A DNA stretch of 64,000 nucleotides from contig JBGANV010000001.1 in NCBI GenBank assembly GCA_044222185.1, positions 672,001 through 736,000 of the forward strand. Direction: 5' to 3'. Of this stretch, positions 8,397 to 17,660 are shown in pieces. The position numbers were made by a program, and so were the translations under genes. The stretch comes from Planctomycetota bacterium. GTDB lineage: Bacteria > Planctomycetota > GCA-002687715 > CAIWVZ01. The notes beneath the pieces were generated by a model. It worked only from the letters and a program-made list of their open reading frames with translations, was not told the origin of the DNA and made no database searches. Position 1 is the first letter of the stretch. Each line of letters begins with the position of its first letter.

Positions 8397-11300
8397 TCAA
8401 CGATCCATGGGGTAATGGGCGTGCGTCAGTCGGTATCCCACGGGCGACGTGGGATCCGGGTAGTACGCCTGCAGGGTCATCGGAACGCCAGCGCCGCTCG
8501 CGGGCGCCGTCCAGCCGGAGATTCGGATGGCTCCGTGCGGAGCGACGACACCCGCATCGGCTGCGAACGTGAGCGGGACCGACGGCGGCGGGCCGAAGAG
8601 TCCGAGCCCATCGATCAACACGTTTGCGGCGAGGGTGTTCACTGCGAGCACGAGGTCCGCCGCCGGCGATGGATAGGCGGTGATCGGCGTGGGGTTCGAT
8701 GCATCGGCGAAGAGCGTGAACGCGGAGCCAACCGGGCACCCCTCGATCGCGAGCGAGTAAGTGGCACCGGGTTGCGGCACGCAGGGGTTGCGTTGGATCG
8801 TTCCCTGGTTGGCGTGGTTCGTCACCTCGACGGCGATCGCCGGCGTCGTGGGCCCACCGGGGTTCTCGAAGGCGATTGCGATTCCGCCGGGGAGTTGCGT
8901 CTGCGGGACGCCCGGTCCGAGCTGTGCGTTGCGCGTGTGCGAGACGGCGTTGTAGGTCGACGGCAACAGGACGCCATTCGCGTAGACGCGCGAACTTGCA
9001 CCAAGTCCCACGCCTTGGATCGAGAGCGTGACGGGGAGCGACGTGGGCGTCATGAGCGAGATCAGGGCCGGCTGGATCGAGGTGATCGACGGGCGGCCGA
9101 CCGCCAGGATCGCGGGGTCGCTGTCCCCGCCGCCCGGCGACGGGGTCCACACGCGCAACTCGTGATTCCCGCTCACTGGCACGTCCGCCGCCGAGAGGAC
9201 GACCGCGAGGTGCGTGGCGTCGAGGTAGGTCGTCTGGCTCGTCGCCACCAGATGGCCGTCGAGCCGGACGCGGCTGTTGGGGTAGAAACCCGTCCCGACG
9301 AGGACGACGGATGTTGGTGGCGTGCCGGCGTTCAACGACGACGGGCTGATGGTGGCGAGCGTCGGAACCGGCGCCGCGACCGTGAACGAGGTGGTCGGCG
9401 TTCCACCGCCACCGGGCGCCGGATTGAGGACGGACAGCCCGCGGACGCCCGGGGTGGCGAGGAAACTCGGCGGCAGCACCACGCTCAGGGCCGTCGGCGT
9501 CCTGCCGGCGATTCCGAGCGGGATCCACGCCGAGCCGGCCCAGATCCGCGCCGTGCTCGAAAGGTTGAACCCGTCGCCGGCGATGACGACCGTCGTGCCC
9601 GGCGTTCCCGCGACGATCGAACTCGGAGTCAGGCCCGTGATGTGCGGCACGGGGTTGTTGAACACGAGCGAGAGCGACGGCGAATCACTCGGCGGATAGC
9701 CTGCGGGTTGGATGTTGCGGACCTTGATCTGAGCAGAACTCGCGAGGTCGATGAAGGCCGGCGGGACGTTCACGGTGAAGCTCGTTGGCGTGACGTTCGA
9801 CGGAAACAGCAACGCCGTGGAGCCGGCCGGGGTCGTCCAGGAGAGACGGGAGGACCCGTTGAACCCTGTTCCAGTCGCCGTGAGCGTGAACGGTCCCGAC
9901 CAGGGGAGCACGCTCGCTGGCGAGATGGAGGCGAGAGTCGGCACCGGGTTGAACACCGTGAATCCGACCGTCTGCGAGACGCCGCCGCCAAGCGGAGGAT
10001 TCACGACGCGGAACTGGTGCGTGCCGGAGGAGGCCAGCACGGAGGCCGGGAGCGTGATCCTGATCCGCGCCGGATCGACCTGCGCTGGCGGCGGAGGCGG
10101 CGGCGTGATGTCCACGTTGTCGAGATAGACGATCGAGTGACTCGTGAACCCGCTGCCGCCGAGAACCACTTCGAGCGAGGGAAGGCCGACGTAGCAAGCG
10201 GAAGGCGAGAGGCCGAGAAGAGTCGGCGGCGGCTCGAGGACTGCGAGGGGCCTGGGCGCAGACGTCCCCGTGGCGGGTCCAGGTGGAAGTCCTGGGGCAT
10301 AGGGTCCCGGCGTGTACGCCGTCACCGAGTACTGAACCGGTGTGACGAACGTGAACGGTGCGACGACTGCGCGCAACTCGCTGATCGACGCGTAGTACGT
10401 CGAAGCGAGGGTCGGCATGGCGTTGCCGTTCAGCTGGATCACCGACGACGGCCGGAACGGCCCGCCCGTCACCCGCAGCGTGAAACCGCCGCCGGGTTCG
10501 GTGACGATCGACGGCGACAGGGCGTTGATCCCCGGTGTGGGGTTGTAGATCGTGAACATCACCGTGTTCGACGCTCCGCCGGGAACGTTGACGACTCGAA
10601 CCGACTTCGTTGCGGCGGCCTTCAGGTCCACAGCGCCCAGATCGAGGGTGACGAGGGTTGGGCTGATGCTGGTTGGGACGCGCATCGCACGGCCGAAGTC
10701 GACCATCAGGTTCGGCCGGAATCCCGTGCCGTTGATCCTCAGCGTGAAGCCCGGCGATTCGGAGACCACGGCGGGCTGGGTCAGCGACGAGATGACGGGG
10801 ACCGGATTGTTCAGGTCGATCGTCATCGGTGCGGTGATTCCACCGCCCGGGCTCGGGTTCTGGACCGTCACATCACCCGCACCCGGCGTCGAGAGTTGCG
10901 GCCCGGCGCCAGCTGCCGACGTGAGCGTCGTCGAATTCACGAACGTCGTCGTCAGCGTCGCGCCGTTCCAGCGGATCCGGCTGGACGGAACGAAATTCGA
11001 TCCAGTGACCGTGAGCGCCGGGAACGCCGTGGGAAGCGTCACGGCCGTCGGGTTCACGGACGTGAGAGTCGGGACCGGGTTGTTTCGAACGAACGGAAGG
11101 GTTGCCGTGGTTCCACCCATCGGTACGGGGTTCCGGACTGCGATGGATTCGGTGGTCGGCGGACTGCCCGGAGTGTCGGCGACGACGACCTGCATCGACG
11201 TCGGAGTGACGTTCGTCGGAACGAGGACGGTCCCGCTCAACAGAACCTGAGTCGACGGATTGAACCCGGCGCCGGTCACCGTCACCGTCACGGGGCCGGC

Positions 11301-13787
11301 TCCGATGATCGTCGACGTCGGTGTGATTGCCGTCAGGGCCGGGGGCGGATTCATCACGTAGAAGACCTTGGGCGACGACGAACCTCCGCCGGGTGGTGGG
11401 TTCGTGACGACGATCGTGGCGGCGGTACCTGCCGCGACGAGTGCGGGCGGTAGCGTCGCGACGAGCGTCGACGCCGTCTGGGAGACCAACTGCAACGTCG
11501 TCGCGTTCCAACGCACCTGGCTCGCGGCCACGAAACCATTCCCGTTGATCGTGAGCGTGTTCGTTGGGTTGCCGGCGGTCATCAACGGTGGGGTGAAACC
11601 CGTCACCGTCGGTGCGGGGTTCGCAGGCGACGCCAGCGCGACGATGGATACGAATCCACCGCCGAAACCGGAGCTGCCCCCTACGACCGGGAAGTCAGAA
11701 GAGAAGGTCCGGCCGCCGACGACCGCATCACCGTTGACCGTGATCGCGATGTCCTGAGGCTCGTCCCAGTCGGATCCGCCGAGGAACGTGGAGTGAGTCA
11801 ACTGCTGCGATGGTGGCAGCGTCGGCGAGAGTTTGAGCACGAAACCATCGCCGCCGCCGTTGAACGTCGTGTCGTACGCGCCGGGTGTCACGGGGAACGT
11901 CGGCGAGTCGGTGTATCCGGTCGCGACGATGTCTCCGGCCTGGTTCGTTGCGACCGCGTACGTGTAATCCCGCTGCGGGCCGCCGAGGAGCGTGCTGTAA
12001 GAGAGACGGCCAGACTGCGGTCCATTGGGGTTGATCCGTGCCAGGAACACGTCGCCGCCGCCGGGACTGGTCGAGCCGTAGGCGTTCGGCGTCGTTGGGA
12101 AGTCGGTCGAGTACGTCTCACCACCGATGGTGACGACGCCCTGAGAGTCGACGGGGCAGGGCGCACGCGAATTGGGGCCATCGTCGTTGCTCCCGCCGAA
12201 GTAGGTGCCGAAGACCAGCTGGCTCGCCGCCGGAAGGCTCGGATCGATCTGGGCGATGAACCCGTCCCATCCGCCCTGGAGCGCGGTCTGATAGGCATTC
12301 GCCGTCACCGGGAAATCGGTCGACACGGTCGACCCGACGAGCGTGATCAGCGCGCCGACGTGAAGCGAGTTGACCGTATCCGACCCCGAGCCGCCCACGA
12401 ACGTCGAGTAGACGAGCTGCTGCGAGCCGGTAAGCGTCGGATCGAACTGCGCGACGAACCCGTCACCGAATTGTCCGCCGAGCCCGTTGGAGGTGTCGAA
12501 CGCGTTCGGCGTCACGGGGAAGTCGACCGATTCCGTTGCGCCCGATATCGTCACGATCCCGCTGGAGCTCACGTACACGCCGTATCCGCCCCAGTCCATG
12601 CCGGAGCCGCCGAGATACGTCGCCCAGACAAGCTGCTGCGGTCCCGGAAGCGACGGATCGATCTGCGCGATCACCACGTCTTCGATGTCGTTGAAGTTCG
12701 GCGCGAATGCACCGGGGGTCGTCGGGAAGAACGGCGAGCCGGTGCGCCCGCAAACCGTCAGTCGCCCCGCGGGCTCGACGAAGAGGTTCCAGATCTGGAG
12801 CCCGCCGCCACCCAGAGCGCCAACCCATACGAGCTGCTGGCCCACCGGACGCGTGGGGTCGATCCGATAGATCGTTCCACTGAGCGTGCTCGCGGTGATG
12901 ATGCCGTTCGACTGCACCGCAACCCCGAAGATCGCCTCGCCGAACAGGCCCGAGTAGACCAGGCCAGGGTCAACCTCGAGTGGATGGCGGCCGTCCCATC
13001 CCGGCGCCGTGAACCCGAACCGTCGCGGTCCGCGCAGTTCGTAGGCACACGTCACGGGTTCCGAGGCCTGCGGCCCCGCCTTCGCGAATGCAATCGGCGG
13101 AGGTTGGGTCACGGGCCCGAGCGGCGTGTCGAGGACCAGAGCTCCGCTCGCGTCGATCGACATCGATCGCGCGCCGTCGACCTCGACCTCCACGGCGTGG
13201 AGGTCGGCACCGGCCGCCAGGACGATGTCATATTCGAAGTGTCCATCCTTGGTGTACACGCGCGCATCCACGCCGTCGTACAGCCCCGAGTAGGTCACGG
13301 CAGCAAAGCGCTGGACGTCCGTGCGCCACCGGCTGCGGTCGTTCCCCGTGAAGTAGCTGTTCGTTCCCGGGAGCCGTTCATCCCCGGTCAGTCTTGGAAT
13401 GCGTGTGTCGCCGGCGAAGCTCATGGCGACACGGGCGCTGGTTGAATCGAGCATCGGGGTGCCCGGTTCCTCACGGCCGGATGGACCCATGCGCGGCGTG
13501 CGCGAGGCGGCGCGCAGCGTCAGGTTCCACCCTCGATCGAGGAGGCCGAGCGTCCCGGAGCCCAGCTCTGCCGCGTAACGCACCGGTTCCTCCCATTGTC
13601 CGGCGTTCGGCGCGAATGCGACGGCCGCGATTTCGCGCGCGACCGTCTCGCGCACCGCGGGCGTGACGTGACTCGTGCTGGACGACGCCGCCGGCACGGC
13701 CGGTGTTTCCCTCCGCGCAACCGGTACGGCGGTGAGGAGCGTGATCGCGGTCAGCAACGCAACACGGCGCAGTATGGAACTCTCCAT
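8397..13787 (-). CDS. Large secreted surface protein: N-terminal domain, SBBP beta-propeller repeats, ~10 IPT/TIG repeats, C-terminal domain
   Basis: Signal peptide; FAPNAGQW...YSGLYDGVD...FEYDIV...VDPGLVYS N-domain typical of SBBP proteins; repeats with FP(T/V)TP(G/N)A(F/Y) and TYLGGS; ten NPxPxLxxxxP...GxGF Ig-like repeats. Confidence 0.9.
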   Translation of the reverse strand: MESSILRRVALLTAITLLTAVPVARRETPAVPAASSSTSHVTPAVRETVAREIAAVAFAPNAGQWEEPVRYAAELGSGTLGLLDRGWNLTLRAASRTPRMGPSGREEPGTPMLDSTSARVAMSFAGDTRIPRLTGDERLPGTNSYFTGNDRSRWRTDVQRFAAVTYSGLYDGVDARVYTKDGHFEYDIVLAAGADLHAVEVEVDGARSMSIDASGALVLDTPLGPVTQPPPIAFAKAGPQASEPVTCAYELRGPRRFGFTAPGWDGRHPLEVDPGLVYSGLFGEAIFGVAVQSNGIITASTLSGTIYRIDPTRPVGQQLVWVGALGGGGLQIWNLFVEPAGRLTVCGRTGSPFFPTTPGAFAPNFNDIEDVVIAQIDPSLPGPQQLVWATYLGGSGMDWGGYGVYVSSSGIVTISGATESVDFPVTPNAFDTSNGLGGQFGDGFVAQFDPTLTGSQQLVYSTFVGGSGSDTVNSLHVGALITLVGSTVSTDFPVTANAYQTALQGGWDGFIAQIDPSLPAASQLVFGTYFGGSNDDGPNSRAPCPVDSQGVVTIGGETYSTDFPTTPNAYGSTSPGGGDVFLARINPNGPQSGRLSYSTLLGGPQRDYTYAVATNQAGDIVATGYTDSPTFPVTPGAYDTTFNGGGDGFVLKLSPTLPPSQQLTHSTFLGGSDWDEPQDIAITVNGDAVVGGRTFSSDFPVVGGSSGFGGGFVSIVALASPANPAPTVTGFTPPLMTAGNPTNTLTINGNGFVAASQVRWNATTLQLVSQTASTLVATLPPALVAAGTAATIVVTNPPPGGGSSSPKVFYVMNPPPALTAITPTSTIIGAGPVTVTVTGAGFNPSTQVLLSGTVLVPTNVTPTSMQVVVADTPGSPPTTESIAVRNPVPMGGTTATLPFVRNNPVPTLTSVNPTAVTLPTAFPALTVTGSNFVPSSRIRWNGATLTTTFVNSTTLTSAAGAGPQLSTPGAGDVTVQNPSPGGGITAPMTIDLNNPVPVISSLTQPAVVSESPGFTLRINGTGFRPNLMVDFGRAMRVPTSISPTLVTLDLGAVDLKAAATKSVRVVNVPGGASNTVMFTIYNPTPGINALSPSIVTEPGGGFTLRVTGGPFRPSSVIQLNGNAMPTLASTYYASISELRAVVAPFTFVTPVQYSVTAYTPGPYAPGLPPGPATGTSAPRPLAVLEPPPTLLGLSPSACYVGLPSLEVVLGGSGFTSHSIVYLDNVDITPPPPPPAQVDPARIRITLPASVLASSGTHQFRVVNPPLGGGVSQTVGFTVFNPVPTLASISPASVLPWSGPFTLTATGTGFNGSSRLSWTTPAGSTALLFPSNVTPTSFTVNVPPAFIDLASSAQIKVRNIQPAGYPPSDSPSLSLVFNNPVPHITGLTPSSIVAGTPGTTVVIAGDGFNLSSTARIWAGSAWIPLGIAGRTPTALSVVLPPSFLATPGVRGLSVLNPAPGGGGTPTTSFTVAAPVPTLATISPSSLNAGTPPTSVVLVGTGFYPNSRVRLDGHLVATSQTTYLDATHLAVVLSAADVPVSGNHELRVWTPSPGGGDSDPAILAVGRPSITSIQPALISLMTPTSLPVTLSIQGVGLGASSRVYANGVLLPSTYNAVSHTRNAQLGPGVPQTQLPGGIAIAFENPGGPTTPAIAVEVTNHANQGTIQRNPCVPQPGATYSLAIEGCPVGSAFTLFADASNPTPITAYPSPAADLVLAVNTLAANVLIDGLGLFGPPPSVPLTFAADAGVVAPHGAIRISGWTAPASGAGVPMTLQAYYPDPTSPVGYRLTHAHYPMDR

Positions 13788-14156
13788 GGTCCTACTCCAC
13801 TGTTTCCGTCCGCCCCTGCATGGGGAGCGGCGCATAGACCGAGGAACGAGTCGACACGGGTGCGGATCGAGCGCCTGAACGAGGGAATTCCACCCGATGA
13901 CCTTCGCGCTGACAGAGTCACGACCGCACGGTGGGTCCCGCCCGAGCTATTTAGACCGCATGGTCGTGCGGCGCGATACGCCGTGGGAGGTAGCCGGTCG
14001 CGAGCGAAGCGATGCGCCTACGATCAAGGGCGAGCGCTCGCGTGGATCTGCGTCGGCCACGGGATCGGCGGCCGATCCTCCGATCCACACGCCCGCGCAT
14101 CGCCTGCGGCGCCGCTCACCGTGTGGACTGCCGCTCGGCATCGGAATCGGGAGCCG

Positions 14157-15179
14157 TCAGATGACTGGGCTCGCCGGTGGATGTCGAACGTCCGGTGCGG
14201 GCTTCCACTTGGAATTCACGAGCAGCTGGCGAACGGCCGCGACGCAAGCGTTCGTGCGATCCGCGCGCGGCCCTCGGACGAGAAGTGACGGCACCGGCTG
14301 ACGTGCGAGCGCCTCGGTGAACCAGCGGTGCATCTCGTGCCTGACGTGCTCGCCGTCACGCGTCCCATCTTGCACGAACGGGATCTCGTCGCCCGTGAGG
14401 ATGTAGAGATGGGGTTTGCAGCGGCGCGCCACCGACTCGACCTCGTCACTGACGTGGCCGACGTAACGCCGGTGCCAGATCGCCGTGGCGAAGGCGTTCG
14501 TGTCGCAGACGAGGATGCGGTTGCACAGCCGCGCGGCCTCGTCTTCTCGGCGGGTCTGCTCGGCTGCGATGTGAACGAACTCGGACGTCGTCCAGTGGCC
14601 GTCGCTTGCGGCGAACTTCCGGGCGGAGTATTCGCGACCATACTCCGCGACCCAGATCGTCGACAATGCGGCGGCGAGATCGGCTGCGAGCGTCGTCGTT
14701 CCGGTGGATTCCGCACCGAGAATGCAGACCCGCAACGCGAACCAGCCTCGCACGGGCGGGCTGATCCACTCCCAATTCGCGAACGGGTCGGACCGGACGG
14801 CGGTTCCGGAAGTCGGAACGGTCCGTCTGTGGCGGTCGACGCACACGTGGCGCGCACCGAGGTGGGCGGCGAAGGCCTCGCCGTAGGACTCCGACGTGAA
14901 TACCGTGTCGGGGCACCTGCCGAGCCACCGCTTGGTGTTCTCGGCCCAAAGGCGTGAGTCGTGCGGGTCGTAGTGATCGTCGACGACGATCACGCGCGCG
15001 GCCGGATGAAGCTCTTCGATCCACCTCGCGCGCAGCGCGCCTGGGATGTCGTCGTCGCTCCGTTCACAGACGATCACGACGACGCCGTCCGACGCCGCCA
15101 GCGCCGCGTTCATGAGAAGACTGTGCCCGGCATGTGGCGGGAGGAACTTCCCGATGACGAGCCCGAGCCCACCCGTCAT
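14157..15179 (-). CDS. nadR: NadR-like NMN adenylyltransferase / ribosylnicotinamide kinase (no HTH)
   Basis: GKFLPPHAGH nucleotidyltransferase motif; P-loop-like GAESTGTTT; EYGRE; CDTN; FVQDGTR; overlaps the pnuC stop. Confidence 0.88.
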   Translation of the reverse strand: MTGGLGLVIGKFLPPHAGHSLLMNAALAASDGVVVIVCERSDDDIPGALRARWIEELHPAARVIVVDDHYDPHDSRLWAENTKRWLGRCPDTVFTSESYGEAFAAHLGARHVCVDRHRRTVPTSGTAVRSDPFANWEWISPPVRGWFALRVCILGAESTGTTTLAADLAAALSTIWVAEYGREYSARKFAASDGHWTTSEFVHIAAEQTRREDEAARLCNRILVCDTNAFATAIWHRRYVGHVSDEVESVARRCKPHLYILTGDEIPFVQDGTRDGEHVRHEMHRWFTEALARQPVPSLLVRGPRADRTNACVAAVRQLLVNSKWKPAPDVRHPPASPVI

Positions 15180-15877
15180 CGTGCGGCCTCTGCGCGGCGC
15201 TCGAGGCCCGCACGCCACGTTCGGAGTCCGATCACGCACAGGACGAGGAACACGACGTAGAGGAGTGCCGTCAGCGACAGCCCGCGCGCGACGTACATGG
15301 GGATGTAGATCAGATCGGCAGCGATCCAGAACCACCAGTTCTCGAGCCGCTTTCGGCAGAGGAGCACCTGTGCCGTGAGGCTCAGCGCCGTGGTGATGGC
15401 ATCCGGCCATGGGGCAGCGCCATTCACCTCGGTGAGGATCGTGCGCAGGCCAAGCGTCACGACGGGGAACGTCGCGGCGATCGCGATCCACTCGTGCGAG
15501 CGCACGCGTGAGATTGGTGCCGGAATCGATTCGGTCCCGTGACGGCGCCAATGAGCCCAGCCCCATGCGCCGAGTGCCACGTAGACGGCCTGAAGCCCCG
15601 TGTCGGCGTACAACCGACTTCGGAAGAACAACGCGAGGAAGAACACGTTGTTCGCGATCCCGATCGGCCAGTTCGCCCAATGCTCGCGAACGACGAGCCA
15701 CACGCAGGCGCCGCCGGTGGTGAACCCGAGGGCCTCGTCGATTTCGATGGGCCAGAGCCCGCAGATCGCAGATACGACGGGGACGCTGGCGAGGACGACC
15801 ATCGTGGCGATCTCGCCGATGCCGAGGGGTGCGGGACGACGGGACGGCGCCAACCCGGGCACCGAGGCGTCCTCCAT
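15176..15877 (-). CDS. pnuC: Nicotinamide riboside transporter PnuC
   Basis: C-terminal part of ORF 15176..17794: CVWLVVREHWANWPIGI, LYAD, DAITTALSLTAQVLLCRKRLENWWFWI; start approximate. Confidence 0.9.
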   Translation of the reverse strand: MEDASVPGLAPSRRPAPLGIGEIATMVVLASVPVVSAICGLWPIEIDEALGFTTGGACVWLVVREHWANWPIGIANNVFFLALFFRSRLYADTGLQAVYVALGAWGWAHWRRHGTESIPAPISRVRSHEWIAIAATFPVVTLGLRTILTEVNGAAPWPDAITTALSLTAQVLLCRKRLENWWFWIAADLIYIPMYVARGLSLTALLYVVFLVLCVIGLRTWRAGLERRAEAAR

Positions 15878-15987
15878 GTGCGGCGGTTCGACGGCACTCG
15901 GTGATGGTGAGCGGGGCGAATCCGGTGCCGATGGCTGAATTCCGGCGCGCACGTTCCCGCCGACCGCTGGCCCCCGCGAAAGCTGGT

Positions 15988-17487
15988 CTATGGCTGGATC
16001 CTCAAGCCGTTCGACGCCTCGACTCCGAAGGCGGAAGCCGGGTTGGCAAACGCGAATTCGACGACGAATGGAGGGAGGCCTGCCGGCAGCGTGGCGGTCA
16101 GGACGAGGGGCGCCGCTGCCGGTGTCGCCACGGGAACTCCGGGCAGGATCGAACCCGGATCGAGCGCGATCATGAGCCCGCTCGCGACGGCGGTCGTCGA
16201 AGACGCCATCCCGCTGACGAGAAGCATGCCCTGCCTCGGCACACTCGTCGTGACGTTCAGCGAGAGTGACAGGCCGGGCGTGGTGAGCGAACCCGTCACG
16301 GTCGGGATCGTGGCCGGCGAATGACTCCATCCCGCGGGGACGCTGATGATCGTCGGGTAGCCGCACGATGGGGGCAAGGGGATTCCGTGCCGAGTCGTGA
16401 ACGCGTGGATGATGAGCGAATCGTGCGGCGTGCCGTTCGCCAGGTTTGCGTCGTTGTCGTCGAGATGAAGCAGGGCGCAGAGCGCCGCCGGCTCGTCGAA
16501 CGGCGCCGCGGCCAGGAACGCCGGGATCATGGCGTCGAAAGCCGTGCCGGCGTTCTGCGCGATGAATGCCTGTCGGGCGTGATACAGCGCTCCGGCGATC
16601 ACGAGGCCGTCCGCGTGGGAGTTTCCGGTCAACCCGGCGTACGTCGCCGAACCGCTCACGTCGCGTGGGAGCCCGCCCGGGCCCGGGTACGTCAATCCAG
16701 CGCCGATGATCGGGGTTCCCGCCGCGACGCTCGCGAGGAAATCGCAGAGGCCCTCGCTCATCCGCGGCAGGAGGGAATGGCCGAAGTAGCGCGCGGAGAC
16801 GATGCGGTGTGAATACTCGTGGGCCATGAGCGAGTACGACCTCGCGCCGAGCGCCAGTTCCAGGTTCGACGAGCCTGCGTAGAACTCGATGGAGTCGTGG
16901 ATGTTTCCGCTGCCAGCGAGGAACTGCGCTGGCGTCGCCGGAAACGGCGTGTAGTCGCGGATGACCACGTCGAGCTGCGTCGCAAACGATGTGTTCGTCA
17001 GTCCAGTGAGTGCGATGTAGGCATCGTTCGCGTGCTGGTACGCGTTGCACTCCGCGATGGACAACGGACCGCCCAGGGGGCTCGTGAGCGTCGTCACCGT
17101 CACGGTGGAGGGCGTCGCCGGATAGGTGGCGACGACGGTCCAGTTCGCGATGGTGGTGACCGATCCGATCGTCCACGGGCGTTGGGCACGAACCTGGAGA
17201 TTCCCTGGCCCCGAGACGTAAGCGACCTGCGGCACGAAGCCCGCAGTGATCGGCACGCGCCCGTTCGAGTCGGTGAAGTGCGTCTGCACGGTGGTTTGAT
17301 TGGTGGTCGGGTTGTGGATGGTGAGGTCGATCTTCGCGCCTCGGAGCGGTCCGACCTGAGGCGCGTTGGTTGCGGCCCCGGTGACCAGGGGCGCCCGGAA
17401 CTCGAGATAGGCCGGTCCTTGAGACCATGCGTGGGGGACTGGCGCGACCACCATGGATACGGCGGCGAGAACGCTGAGCAGGCGCAT
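15988..17487 (-). CDS. Secreted thermolysin-fold (M4/M36-like) zinc metallopeptidase with C-terminal domain
   Basis: Signal peptide; NAY, HEYSH zinc motif, MSEGLCD third ligand, HADG, DDNDANLANGTPH...RHGI. Confidence 0.8.
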   Translation of the reverse strand: MRLLSVLAAVSMVVAPVPHAWSQGPAYLEFRAPLVTGAATNAPQVGPLRGAKIDLTIHNPTTNQTTVQTHFTDSNGRVPITAGFVPQVAYVSGPGNLQVRAQRPWTIGSVTTIANWTVVATYPATPSTVTVTTLTSPLGGPLSIAECNAYQHANDAYIALTGLTNTSFATQLDVVIRDYTPFPATPAQFLAGSGNIHDSIEFYAGSSNLELALGARSYSLMAHEYSHRIVSARYFGHSLLPRMSEGLCDFLASVAAGTPIIGAGLTYPGPGGLPRDVSGSATYAGLTGNSHADGLVIAGALYHARQAFIAQNAGTAFDAMIPAFLAAAPFDEPAALCALLHLDDNDANLANGTPHDSLIIHAFTTRHGIPLPPSCGYPTIISVPAGWSHSPATIPTVTGSLTTPGLSLSLNVTTSVPRQGMLLVSGMASSTTAVASGLMIALDPGSILPGVPVATPAAAPLVLTATLPAGLPPFVVEFAFANPASAFGVEASNGLRIQP

Positions 17488-17660
17488 CTAGGCCTCCAAA
17501 ACGGCATCGATCCGTCGGCGGCGAGCGCGCGCCGACGGTTGGCACTCGCGTGATTGTCGTCCGAGCTCGCGTGGTTGGCAACTTCCCCGGCTCGTTTCGG
17601 GCGCGCCAAGTACGATGGCTCGCTCTCGCCACGGGCCGACGGCCCCAGGAGATCCCCGTC

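Noticed and set aside
8358-11453. Very long ORFs such as 8358..11453 (+), 26547..29942 (+), 55952..58042 (-) and 40123..42111 (-)
   Set aside because: They are Arg-rich, motif-less frames overlapping well-supported genes, as expected in high-GC DNA.
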